Positions 14,160 to 25,170 of a stretch of 64,000 nt of DNA are shown piece after piece. The DNA lies in contig NIVC01000303.1 of assembly GCA_002269645.1 (NCBI GenBank), forward strand, positions 375,323 through 439,322, given 5' to 3'. The position numbers and the translations under genes were made by a program. Origin of the DNA: Macrostomum lignano. Taxonomy: Eukaryota. Within the stretch, counting starts at the first letter, position 1. Each line of letters starts with the position of its first letter. The notes beneath the pieces were generated by a model, which worked only from the letters and a program-made list of their open reading frames with translations, was not told where the DNA came from and searched no databases.

Positions 14160-14385
14160 TTATTAGAGATTTAGTATATTTAGACTAGAGCGCTATGGAC
14201 AAGCAAACATACAAATCTTAGAGATTTAGTATATTTAGATTATGGACAAACATACAAATATTAGAGATTTAGTATATTAGGATTTTAAGAAAATCGGTCA
14301 AGGACAGTGAGCTCTAGAGCTTTATGGACAAGCAAGCAAGCAAGCAAACAAACCTTAGAGATTTAGCATATTTGGATTAGAGATT
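14160..14385 (-). repeat. Tandem copies of a TTAGAGATTTAGTATATTTAG motif with (CAAG/CAAA)n, resembling Helitron-type 5' ends
   Basis: The motif occurs about 4 times here and recurs near 52625 and, in the opposite orientation, near 53700 (CTATACTAAATCTCTAAG). The family assignment is inference. Confidence 0.45.
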
Positions 14386-14606
14386 AAGTATAAATAAGTG
14401 CCACATGGAGTTCGGGCTCGAGATGACCTATGGAGCTGGCAGCACATTTCGCTTTAAGCACGGTGTAAAAGTTTAAGATCTTGTTATTCGCGCTCACAAG
14501 CCAAATGTGCCCCCGCCTCCACAATCCAGCAGGGGGTGCAGTGAAATAAAACTGGAGGGGCAGTAGATAAGATGCAAGCAAATTTAGCGAATACGCAGAT
14601 TTTTTC

Positions 14607-14945
14607 TTTTACCTGTGGGCCGCATATGGACTGAAATAAAAGTGCAGAATGTAATGGCATGCGAAAAATGATGGCAATTAGAAGGTAATAATTAATAGCT
14701 TTACCTGTGCGCCGCATATGGACTGAAATAAAAGTGCAGAATGTAATGGCATGCGAAAAATGATGGCATTTAGAAGGTAATAATTAATAGCTTTACCTGT
14801 GCGCCGCATATGGACTGAAATAGAAGTGCAGAATGTAATGGCATGCGAAAAATGATGGCATTTAGAAGGTAATAATTAATAGCTTTACCTGTGCGCCGCA
14901 TATGGACTGAAATAGAAGTGCAGAATATAATGGTGTGCGAAAAAT
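14607..14945. repeat. 92-bp tandem repeat, about 3.7 copies
   Basis: ACCTGTG starts at 14611, 14703, 14795 and 14887. It lies just downstream of the MULE-like ORF and may be subterminal. Confidence 0.92.
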
Positions 14946-15039
14946 GATAATGAGGGAGCTATTTGCTAAGCAAGCAATGATCTGAGATTTATAACTCGAT
15001 TTAAGTAAAATGGTTAATTATTAAAAGTTTCCACTTGAA

Positions 15040-15903
15040 TCAGGCAAAACTGGCTGGCTCCGCGGGGCAGCTTTTTTTACGAGAATAATTAGCATTGCGA
15101 CTTAAGGAATCTATATTAATCACTGCCTGCACTTCTAGGGGGAGCTCTCTTACTTTCTCCTCAGCGATGATGCGAGCAGATTTGAATGGCGCTCGCTTTG
15201 CTTCCGCTTTTACCTGAGCTGCAATACGTCGTTTTTTAACTGGCTGATCGACTGGATCGCAGGTGTGCTCTTTCAAGGCTTCAATGGTTCCGTCTTGTCG
15301 CTTGACGGCTGAGCCCAGGCATTTCGGTGCAGTTTTGTTGCAATGGTAGTAAGTGTTGCCGTTTCGCCGGCTCTTGACATGCATCAAGCGGCCAAGATCA
15401 CGCCTGACGTACTGCACCAGCAAGTCTTTGCCGTGGCTGAATCCAGCACCTGGAAAATGCTCAAAAGCCTGCAGAGGTGGGCTACGAGGCGGCGCCAACT
15501 CTGCTGGAGGCTCGTGAATTGATTCTTCGAGCACAGGTTCAGCGTCAGCGAAATCGGGATACTGAAATAAAAACCTCTCTTCCACTTCTACATGAGGGAC
15601 TGGAAGCAATGGCTCCTCTTGGTCAATAGGCTCACCACCTGGTCCTGATCCTGGAAAGGTTGGCGGCACAGTAGCTGCTGGGGCAGCTGAGGGTGCAGAT
15701 GAAGGCACACCTGTAGTTGGCCTAAGGCATCGGTTGCACAGCCAGAAAAACTCGCGTACACGTTTCATCGCAGCGTACTGCTCCGGTGTAACGCGACTGT
15801 TACACGCACGATGCTGCTATTCGCTACACTGCGAGCACTCAATAGCTTCTTCTCCATTGACAACAGGCTGTACACACACTACACATGGGTATGCACCTGC
15901 CAT
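15040..15903 (-). pseudogene. Truncated MULE-type transposase N-terminus: PHD finger + FLYWCH-type zinc finger, with one premature stop
   Basis: Extending the ORF upstream in frame gives ATG at 15903: MAGAYPCVVCVQPVVNGEEAIECSQCSE*QHRAC...FFWLCNRC, a C4HC3 PHD with TAG (15817-15819) at the conserved Trp. It is followed by GKDLLV...TYYHC...KCLGSAVK...KEHTC (FLYWCH-like) and ...RNANYSRKKSCPAEP, as in MULE N-termini. No DDE core follows. Confidence 0.75.
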
Positions 15904-16097
15904 TTTAATTATATTTCTTGATCAAAAACTATTTAAGCTCCGATATCAGATAATCAGTTTTTATTGTATAGATATGCTATTCCAATACAATTATAGATAA
16001 ACAGAAAATTCAAATTCGGGGCCGTATCAGTGGAGGATAACTGCTATTTGATGAGCGCCCAGCCAATGAGAGTTCTGGCATTTTTGGAAGAGCGTTT

Positions 16098-16630
16098 CTT
16101 ACCCACTGTTTCACCCACTGTTTCACCCACTGTTTCACCCACTGTTTCTCACCCATTGTTTCTCGGAGAGTGGATAGAGAGTGAGAGTGGAGAGAGGGTG
16201 AGAGTTGAAAGAGAGGCTGAAAGTGGAGAGAGGGTGAGAGTTGAAAGAGACTGAGAGTAGAGGCTGAGAGTAAAGAGAGGCTGAAAGTGGAGAGAGGGTG
16301 AGAGTAGAGGGAGGGTGAGAGTGGAGAGAGGGTGAGAGTGGAGAGAGGGTGAGAGTTGAAAGAGAGGCTGAAAGTGGAGAGAGGGTGAGAGTTGAAAGAG
16401 ACTGAGAGTAGAGGCTGAGAGTAAAGAGAGGCTGAAAGTGGAGAGAGGGTGAGAGTAGAGGGATGGTGAGAGTGGACAGAGGGTGAGAGTGGAGAGAGGG
16501 TGAGAGTGGAGAGAGGGTGAGAGTGGAGAGAGGGTGAGAGTGAAGGGAGGGTGAGAGTGGAGAGAGGGTGAGAGTGGAGAGAGGGTGAGAGTGGAGAGAG
16601 GGTGAGAGTGGAGAGAGTGTGAGAGAATTA
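16098..16630. repeat. 12-bp (CCCACTGTTTCA)x4 followed by a GA-rich repeat of about 15 bp
   Basis: Directly visible; the GAGAGGGTGAGAGTG units span about 16170-16630. Confidence 0.9.
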
Positions 16631-16769
16631 AAGAGAGACCTCGAGCAGCAGTGTCGGAAAATATTTCAAAGTGGGGGGGGGCTATTGTTGGGAGGGCACA
16701 TTGCACATAATTTCTTTTAATCTAAGGGCACCCAAACTCCTGATGTAAGCTATATCAGTTTGTGAAATT

Positions 16770-17390
16770 GTCCTCTCCTCTCCTCTCCTCTCCTCTCCTC
16801 TCCTCTCCTCTCCTCTCCTCTCCTCTCCTCTCCTCTCCTCTCCTCTCCTCTCCTCACCTATCTCCTCTCCTCTCCTCTCCTCTCCTCTCCTCTCCTCACC
16901 TATCTCCTCTCCTCTCCTCTCCTCTCCTCTCCTCTCCTCTCCTCTCCTCTCCTCTCCTCTCCTCTCCTCTCCTCTCCTCTCCACTCTTCTCTGTTCTCTC
17001 CTCTCATCTCTCCTCTCTTATCATCTCCTCTCCTCTCTTAGCTCGTATCAGCTCTCATCTCCCTTTTCCTCTCCATTCTCTTCTCCCTTCCCTCGTTCTC
17101 TCCTCTCTCTTATATCTCGACTCTCCTCATTCATCTCCCCTCTCCTATTTTATCTCTTTTCTCGTCTACTCTCTTCTCCTTTATTCCTTAGCCTCTCCTT
17201 TCTCCTACGATCGTACTCGTATAGTTCTCTTCTCTATTCCCTATCCTCTCCCTTCTCTTGCCTGCAATCATCAGGGACTCCTGGGCACGTTTCGCTTAGG
17301 GGGCCCACGGAAGCAGACCCAGAAGGGCAGTCATTGCGCCACGCTAGGTTCTTAATCTGGCCCTTGAGGTAAAAAGTTTGCTGACCCCTG
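16770..17390. mobile_element. (CTCCT)n array plus CT-rich tract ending in a hAT-like right terminus
   Basis: Near-pure CTCCT at 16770-16985, degenerate CT to about 17260, then ...AGTTTGCTGACCCCTG (reverse complement CAGGGGTCAGCAAAC), matching the left termini at 39089 and 61663. No left end or TSD was found for this copy. Confidence 0.65.
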
Positions 17391-17517
17391 CACTAAAAGC
17401 ACTAGGCTTAGGCACATTAGATAAAACTGTAGTGAATGGGATTGAGAACAACATTAACTATTATATCAGCCCTTAGCTTCCAAGACTCAGAAAAGCCAAA
17501 GCCGAAAACCGGCCGAC

Positions 17518-18967
17518 TTGACTTACTTGACTTAGCTGCAGGGCTGTCCCGAAGGGGACACAGCGGGAAGGCGCGGGCGCCCATTCCGCTAGTCCCTGAA
17601 CGGCCGACGCGTCGCTATGGACGGAGGGTTGGCGCCGCCCAGGGAGGTCCCCCAGTGTCGCCAGCAGCTATGGTGCTCTCTGGAAAGGAGAGTTCAGCCC
17701 TGCGGGTGGCCCGAAGGTAGCGCATGAGCTGATTAAAGTTTTCGGGTTTGCACGCTTCAGTAATAGATGTGTGTGGCCCGAGGTAAGTGAGTCTGGCCCG
17801 CGTGAAGGCGGGACAGATGCTGACGAAATGCTCAGCGGTTTCGTCACCTGAGTTGCAGAAGCTACAGGTGGCGTTGGTGGCGTTGCCCTGCAGGTACTGG
17901 TGCCTGGAGAAGCAGCCGTGACCAGAGAGGGTCATGGTGGCAGCCCGGATGTCTCTGCGCGAGAGGCGCAAGAGGAGCTTCCGGAGCTGGTGAGAGGGCT
18001 GAGGGACAGCGCCTCTGGATTGCCTGCAGTTCGTGCGGTTCGCCCAAGTCGAGCGGTGCTGAGTCCTGATCCACGCTTTGATGCGCGAGTCGATGACACA
18101 GCCAGGAATCGGGACAAGAGGTTCGGGGCCGAGAGAGGAGCCGGAGGCACCAACTTTTGCAAGGGTGTCAGCCAACTCATTTCCTCGGATCCCCACATGC
18201 CCCGGAACCCACTTAAGGGTAATTTTGTTGGCGGAACCCAACATGTTGAGGAGTTTGATACAGTCGAGGACTGTAGCAGAGTTGGTGCTGCAGCCACTGA
18301 TGGCGTGCAAGGCAGCTTGGCTGTCCGAATGGAAAATGATGTTCTTACCAGTAACGCCAGTGGCGAGAAGCTCTGCAGTGCAGGAGCTGATGGCCAGAAC
18401 TTCATTTTGGAAAACACTGGAGTTGACCCCAGTGTATTGAGCGTGGGTAGCGATGACCCTCCCGTTCAGAGAGATTCCAACGCCAAACCACCCGGCCGCT
18501 CCACCTGACCGGGCAGTAGGCCAATAGCACCCTCAAGGCTGGCCCGACACCAGGAGGGGGACCGCTTGCGACCGGACTACTCCCCGGCCTTCCAGCCCAT
18601 CGGCACGGTCAACACCTTAGGCATTAGAGAGTACGTTGAGCAGTACCACGGCCTGCAGGTTGGCGAGCCAGACCCGCATACCCAAATTCGGCCGAAGCCA
18701 CTGGATAGGGTCGCCAGCGCCGGAGCCCAGTCTGTCCAGCAGCCCTAGGGACTGCCTTGAACACACGCTGGGACGAGTACCCTGGGTCGACTTGCGAGAC
18801 AGCGTGGGGGGGGGGGGTCTGCGGCTGCCAGAGGCAAATAGAGGGTGCAGACCTCCCACCAGCCTTGACCTGCTGAAGATAGGGGCAGGCGTGAAGCATC
18901 GCAGACCTTAGCCCATGGGCCTAGTCTGTCTCATACTTCACTGGCATGCTGAATACGCCTTCGCGTG
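17518..18967 (-). mobile_element. 5'-truncated non-LTR retrotransposon (RNase H + CCHC C-terminus, LOA/I-group-like)
   Basis: 15-bp TSD CGAAAACCGGCCGAC at 17503-17517 and 18968-18982. The frame has RNase H motifs VFQNEVLAI, HSDSQAAL and WVPGHVGIRGNELAD, and C-terminal CSFC...ETAEHFVSICP. The 3' end has a TGTCCC-CTTC-GGGACA stem-loop and an AAGTCAAGTAAGTCAA tail. The RT domain is absent. The clade call is from motif memory. Confidence 0.9.
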
Positions 18968-19439
18968 CGAAAACCGGCCGACACTTGCTTAAAATTCAAA
19001 AAGGGCACTTGATGGATCATGCTAAAAAGTGGGGGGGGCTCCAGCCCCCCGTGACCCCTGGTTCCGACCACCCCTGACCTCGAGAGATGATTTCCTGATC
19101 CAATTTAGCTGTACAGAGCATGGATATACATGTATCTATCACACAATGCGCATACTGTGTACCAGGTCGATCATTGCCAATTGATTGCATGGTAAATTAA
19201 AATCAAGTGTAGCGATATGACTGTCCGTCTGTTGTATGGTAGGGATCAGAACTGCATGTTACATGCACGAGTATACACTGGTAGCCAATGTGATGTACAG
19301 TACAAATGTACAATTGTAGCTAATATTCGTTCAAATAGTTTTAGAACGTATTTTTTAATAAACAGGGAGAACATCCGAAATCAAAGTAAACGATTACTGT
19401 ACATGTGATGTGCATGCATTTTCGTGCCATACATTTTGA

Positions 19440-19617
19440 TTGTATTAAGAGCGATTAGAGTAACTTTTGAGTGAGTGATCAGTGTGCAAGTGAGTGAGTG
19501 AGCGAGTAAGATACATGTAGAGGGTGAGAGAGTGAGTGAGTTAGTGATTGAGTGATTTAAAGTGAGCATGAAAGCTGCTTATAACAGGCCTCGTACAACT
19601 CGATCGAGGCCCAGCTC
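19440..19617 (+). mobile_element. Possible short non-autonomous Helitron-like element with internal (GAGT)n
   Basis: GAGT microsatellite, then a GC-rich hairpin GGCCTCG-N11-CGAGGCC, then CAGCTCGT, similar to a Helitron 3' hairpin plus CTRR-like end. The 5' end is not defined. Confidence 0.35.
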
Positions 19618-19732
19618 GTACAAATCACGGACTACTTTAGTGTCGTTTTTATAGGAAGCCTGTACATGTACACGCAATAAAAACGGTATGGCTGCACGAC
19701 TCACCATCCCGTAACCTCTAAATACAAGTGCA

Positions 19733-21944
19733 CAAGCTGTTGAAACCCGCGGATTTTGAACCTGGGGAATTCAAATCCCCGGAACCATTTTTGCATGTAT
19801 TTTAAAATCCAAAGTCATACTCAAAACTTGTTAATAGTTGGATAGAGGTGTGAACGAAACTTGGTATAAATGTGTATTAAAAAGTATATTTCTTTTTATA
19901 TTCCTGGTTAACTGGTTGCTTCGCAGTTCCAAAACAATGTCTCGCTTTTCAAATTGTTGACCAACAATTTGAATGGCAACGTCGTCAACAACAGGTGCAT
20001 TGAATCTTCTTTCGTGTTGGCCAGCAGGCGTCTTTGTTGCGTGAATGACAACTCGAAGTTCCTCTACATTTGGAGGTAGCCGCTCCATAGCAGTTTTGAA
20101 ATCGCGCACGTACTTGTTATGCGCATGCATAATTTCCTGTAGCTCAAAAACAATGTTAGGTCTCACACCTGGAGCAATCCTACATCGGCGCTCAACTTCC
20201 TCGTGGCTGTCTCCCATGAAGTAGATCTGCAGGAACTTTGGCTCCTCTCCTTGCAGCGGCATCAACGATCCCACCAGATGGTACACCTGCCCTTGGACTT
20301 TAAAAGTAGGCATGAAGCCTGGCTCTTCAACTATTCTTTCAGCTCCAAAAGAAGTGAACTGAAAACAGCTATTGTATCGTCGAATGTTGGACAGAAAATG
20401 ATCCGATTCCTCAGAGTTACCCAGCAACAAATGGCGAAGATAGTCTGGTAGATTCTCATTCAGAGGAGTGAGTCTGACTTTTCCATTGCTACAACACATG
20501 CCAGGTGTCTCATTTGCCCACCTCAACGCATTGCAATGCTGACATTTCTTCGACATTCTTTCGATAGCAAGCTTTGGGTGGCTGCTATAAACAAAAGTAG
20601 GATCATAATTTAGAGCAAAGCTTAGGGCCCAAGGAGGTGGTCCAATTGCTTGCTCAGATTCGTCATGGGCAACGTCTTGCTCAATAAATCGATAGGCCGC
20701 AGCGCGTTCTATGTGGCGTCTTCGATCGTCTTCACGGCGCACTCCAGCTTCACCCGTCGTTTCATTGCGTCGTGCCTCTGCGGTCTGATCTCTGTCCCGC
20801 TCCTGTCGTTGCCGAGTCTGGACAGTCGTTTCATTGCGTCGTGCCTCTGCGGTCTGATCTCTGTCCCGCTCCTGTCGTTGCTGAGTCTGGACAGTCGTTT
20901 CATTGCGTCGTGCCTCTGCGGTCTGATCTCTGTCCCGTTCCCGTCGTTGCTGAGTCTGGACAGTCGTTTCATTGCGTCGTGCCTCTGCGGTCTGATCTCT
21001 GTCCCGTTCCTGTCGTTGCTGAGTCTGAACAGTCGTTTCATTGCGTCGTGCCTCGGCTGTTTGCTGTCTTTTTTGTTCACGTCGTCTTTCTTCCCAATTT
21101 GCAGCACTGAGAGGAACCTGTGTACTTCCAGTTCCATCGGAAGTGCTGGCGCCGGCTGCTGATGTCGATGATCTTGTCGGTGGTCGAAGGCTTCTTTTCT
21201 GGGCTTGTTCTCCTAAGGCACTTGCACTCGATCTGGCCTGGGCAGAGCTACCTGTGTTGTCTGCTTCCTCTGTGCTATGTGATGTTCCTGCTTCAGCCGC
21301 ATTGCTTTGCCTTGTAGATCTCCATCGTCTAGCTGCAGCAGTGAAACGACCCAATGCGCTTTTCTTTGGGGGCATTTGAATTTTAAAGTGCCTTTAAATA
21401 GGACTTAGTGTTACAAATTCTATTTTGTGTGACTAATTCAGGAATCAGGATTGCATCGTATCGCTTTTTGTACCACAGACAACTATGCTAGTCTTATCGA
21501 TTGCCATCTTCCTCATCCAAGAAAGAAAGAAAGGCAGGCGGGCGGAGGTTGGGGTGGCTGTCTCGCTGAAAAAAACAGCCAAACTTTAAAAGTGCACAGC
21601 GCCGTTCAGGATTAACTTTGAGACTCGAAATTTTACATGATTGTGCCAAAATAGTTAAAGATTATCTGTGTCAAATTTGAAGAGGATCAGTAGAAGTGGA
21701 GCGGCGCTATGGAGGATTAAGTGAAAAAATCGCGCATTTTGAGCAGTTTTTTGTACTTTTAGGTAGGAAGACTCAAATTTAGGAAATTTTAAGGTAGCCT
21801 AAGACATTCTCCGTAGTAAGTTTAGGGTGGGTGTAAAGTTTGGTGTAATTTGGTTGAGCGGTTTGGGAGTCCATAGCGAAGTAATTTGTCCACAGACAGA
21901 CAGACAGACAGACAGAGTTTTGATTTTTATATGTAGAGAAGAGA
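19733..21944 (-). mobile_element. Internally deleted Helitron
   Basis: Minus strand A|TCTCTTCTCTACATATAAAAATC...(TCTG)n at the 5' end and ...CCGCGGGTTTCAACAGCTTG|T at the 3' end, i.e. inserted in an AT target without TSD. It contains the RepHel N-terminal ORF. Confidence 0.8.
19831..21375 (-). CDS. Helitron RepHel N-terminal region (514-aa ORF lacking the HUH Rep motifs and Pif1 helicase)
   Basis: CQHCNALRW...CCSNGKV zinc motif, NIRRYNSCFQFTSFG, FKVQGQVYHLVGSL, FLQIYF and RRFNAP...VAI are typical Helitron N-terminal motifs. Four 66-bp (22-aa) repeats. Homology ends after RDIVLELRSNQL. Confidence 0.9.
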   Translation of the reverse strand: MPPKKSALGRFTAAARRWRSTRQSNAAEAGTSHSTEEADNTGSSAQARSSASALGEQAQKRSLRPPTRSSTSAAGASTSDGTGSTQVPLSAANWEERRREQKRQQTAEARRNETTVQTQQRQERDRDQTAEARRNETTVQTQQRRERDRDQTAEARRNETTVQTQQRQERDRDQTAEARRNETTVQTRQRQERDRDQTAEARRNETTGEAGVRREDDRRRHIERAAAYRFIEQDVAHDESEQAIGPPPWALSFALNYDPTFVYSSHPKLAIERMSKKCQHCNALRWANETPGMCCSNGKVRLTPLNENLPDYLRHLLLGNSEESDHFLSNIRRYNSCFQFTSFGAERIVEEPGFMPTFKVQGQVYHLVGSLMPLQGEEPKFLQIYFMGDSHEEVERRCRIAPGVRPNIVFELQEIMHAHNKYVRDFKTAMERLPPNVEELRVVIHATKTPAGQHERRFNAPVVDDVAIQIVGQQFEKRDIVLELRSNQLTRNIKRNILFNTHLYQVSFTPLSNY

Positions 21945-22778
21945 TGTTAGCCTGCCTGCCTGCGATCGAATTGGCAAATTTGCATTGGCAATCGGACATG
22001 CTCGAATCACACATGAAAACTCACATTATAACAAATTATAACAATGATAACCAACTCAAGGACCACATTCGAAACTGCGAATTAAGAATGCAGTTAAGTC
22101 AAGAGCCTTTTTTCACAGCTTTCTACTAATAGTAGCTGTTTATTTTGGATTGATAGTTCCTTTACAATTCAAATTGAATGAAAAAACGAGGAAGGCTCAC
22201 TCAGGTCCGCCCGGCCCGCTCACCGGTTCCTCTCTCGCGGCCTTGTCGTCCCCATCTCACCCCTCCCCCAGCACCATCCAATAACATGGCGAGCCAAATT
22301 CCTCCCCCTAGCTCCCCCAAGTGTGGCGGTCTTGGTGTGTGGCGGTCTTGGTCCTACACCAACTAAAATTGTTAAAAGAAAAACATTTTATTCACTATTA
22401 AAGTTGATACCTTTCTATTGTTCCTTTCAATTTTTTCCATCTTGTATATAGCTCACAGGACTTGCTAATAATAACAAATTGCATCACAAAAAATGTGAAA
22501 AATGAAAGATGCTAAATGTTTCTTTTATTTTTTAATACCTAATAATTCAATTTTCAAAGGTAAAGTTTTTTATTTAGACTAATAAATAAGATTTGTCACT
22601 TAAAAAGGAAAATATTATAAACATCTTTAAAAATTCTCCCTGGAATAACTACCCTATCACCCTACCTGCCTACCAAAGCAGAGGAGAGTTGCACTTGCAC
22701 CTACCCTAAATAAGCAGTAAGCCTAGGTCTAGGAGGGTAGGGTTAAGCCATGAAATCTAATATGCAATAGAAATAGAA

Positions 22779-24819
22779 ATGTATATAACTTTTGCCGATC
22801 GGTTTTTACCGACGCTAAACCGACGTTAAAATGTACATAGAGGGAGTGGGGTGGCTGCACACTGGACGACAAACGGAATGGGGTGGCGGACAGGGAATCC
22901 CCAAGGCCACTCTGTAACGGTTTCGTAATTTCCATTATCAACTATTCCAAATGTATGTAATTTATTTATTAACTGTTTTCTTCTGTTTATAAATCAAAGT
23001 TAAAATGCATAGATTTTGTTTTATCGGAGTCTTCTTGGCACAAATTTAAATGCTGTTATCTATTAAGTTATACCTTGGTGAGACGTAGGTGTGATGTGTG
23101 GCTAAGTTGTTGTCGTCCAATTCCTAATATACTGGTGCAATCGTTAAATATACTAATCATCGGATATTTCGTTACAATAAGTTTCTATTTCTCCTCCATC
23201 AAATTGAAATTCGGCAACACTGTTTTATCATTCTAATATATGACTCTGAGCTCCGCTAGCCAACAATAGCAGCCCAGCTCGTCTACGCGAACTCGCTCCG
23301 TCAGAACGCCACAACTCAAAGCGCCTACCAATGATCAAGCAAGGCAAACTGATGACTCACTCGACACTCCCCAGTAGATCTGTCTCTGTCCAACATACTG
23401 TTCCTATTTAAATACATTGCCGACGTAAACTTTTGCCGAAGCTAACTTAATTTTCCCATTTAAATACATTGCCGACGTAAACTTTTGCCGAAGCTAACTT
23501 AATTTTCCCATTTAAATACATTGCCGACGTAAACTTTTGAGACTCTCATGCACTAACGAGAAGGGACTCCATCAGTCTGCAGACGAATTAAGGATTTTTT
23601 ATTAACTGTACTAGAAATGGCCGATTTAGGGACTACATGTATATGCGAGGCATGCAAGTACGTACACACAGTCATAGTCAGTTCTGGAAACGAGGACTTT
23701 GCACAGGACTTTGTTGTCAGGCTGCGGTTGTCCAGGAAGAGTGGGAAGTGGATTACTGGCACCCTGCTACTTGACGACAATGCCCCCAGCTCAACCACTA
23801 TGTTAATCCTGTATCCTCTTCCGTCATCCAGACAATTCTCACCAGACCTGGCACCCTCCAATTTTTATAATTACATGCAGCACATGCTGCTCTGTCAACT
23901 TAAATTACATACACTGTATGTGCAGTATAGAAGCGAACTCTTCGTTAGACTCGAAATGGGGTCATGCGCGGCCGCTTCTATACTGCACATACAGTGTATG
24001 TAATTTAAGTTGACAGAGCAGCATGTAATTATAAAAATTGGAGGGTGCCAGGTCTGGTGAGAATTGGCTGGATGACGGAAGAGGATACAGGATTAACATA
24101 GTGGTTGAGCTGGGGGCATTGTCGTCAAGTAGCAGGGTGCCAGTAATCCACTTCCCACTCTTCCTGGACAACCGCAGCCTGACAACAAAGTCCTGTGCAA
24201 AGTCCTCGTTTCCAGAACTGACTATGACTGTGTGTACGTACTTGCATGCCTCGCATATACATGTAGTCCCTAAATCGGCCATTTCTAGTACAGTTAATAA
24301 AAAATCCTTAATTCGTCTGCAGACTGATGGAGTCCCTTCTCGTTAGTGCATGAGAGTCTCAAAAGTTTACGTCGGCAATGTATTTAAATGGGAAAATTAA
24401 GTTAGCTTCGGCAAAAGTTTACGTCGGCAATGTATTTAAATGGGAAAATTAAGTTAGCTTCGGCAAAAGTTTACGTCGGCAATGTATTTAAATGGGAAAA
24501 TTAAGTTAGCGTCGGCAAAAGTTTACGTCGGCAATGTATTTAAATGGGAAAATTAAGTTAGCGTCGGCAAAAGTTTACGTCGGCAATGTATTTAAATAGG
24601 AACAGTATGTTGGACAGAGACAGATCTACTGGGGAGTGTCGAGTGAGTCATCAGTTTGCCTTGCTTGATCATTGGTAGGCGCTTTGAGTGGCCTTGGGGA
24701 TTCCCTGTCCGCCACCCCATTCCGTTTGTCGTCCAGTGTGCAGCCACCCCACTCCCTCTATGTACATTTTAACGTCGGTTTAGCGTCGGTAAAAACCGAT
24801 CGGCAAAAGTTATATACAT
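22779..24819. mobile_element. Foldback-like giant palindrome (arms about 755 and 847 bp, 37-nt spacer)
   Basis: 22779-22912 plus 23314-23935 is the reverse complement of 23973-24819. The arms hold 52-bp tandem repeats (3 starts on the left, 5 on the right). Mirror ORFs 23617+ / 24282- and 23861- / 24038+ are nearly identical. Confidence 0.93.
22913..23313. mobile_element. Solo LTR inserted into the left arm of the palindrome
   Basis: 401 bp, TGTAACGG...GCCACA termini, 4-bp TSD ACTC (22909-22912 and 23314-23317). The right arm gives the empty site. Confidence 0.85.
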
Positions 24820-25170
24820 CAATAGAATAGATTCCATTTAGATATAGGCCTAGTAATTGGCTTGGCAATGTATAAAAATCATAATAGTCAGTACATATAT
24901 TTTTAATATAGTAAAAAATTGCAATTGTAAAGAAGCGCATGTTTAATTAGGCCAGGCTATTTTTCAACTTAAATGAACAGCAAAGAATATTTATTGCGAT
25001 GGGAAACTGTCGCAGTCCAGTCCTTCACAACCATCATTGATGCCCTTTCGGCAAACAGGGCATTTCGGAGCTCGCCGACGCCCATGAGGTTGAGGAATTG
25101 CTCAGCTGCACGATGCAACTCCAAGGCGCGACACCATTGAGGTGGGGCGGAGGAAGAAAAATTTTGGTGT

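Larger units (their letters stand above)
16646..19076. mobile_element. Non-autonomous hAT-type element with nested insertions
   Basis: 8-bp TSD ACCTCGAG at 16638-16645 and 19077-19084. Imperfect TIRs CAGCAGTGTCGGAA and reverse complement CAGGGGTGGTCGGAA. AAAGTGGGGGGGGCT occurs near both ends. Confidence 0.85.

Noticed and set aside
16149-17355. ERRGE / LSSP ORFs (also 62164-63651)
   Set aside because: Microsatellite translations.
22772-24827. 7-bp TSD AATAGAA for the giant palindrome
   Set aside because: It requires an asymmetric end and the flanks are low-complexity A/G/T, so it is not claimed.
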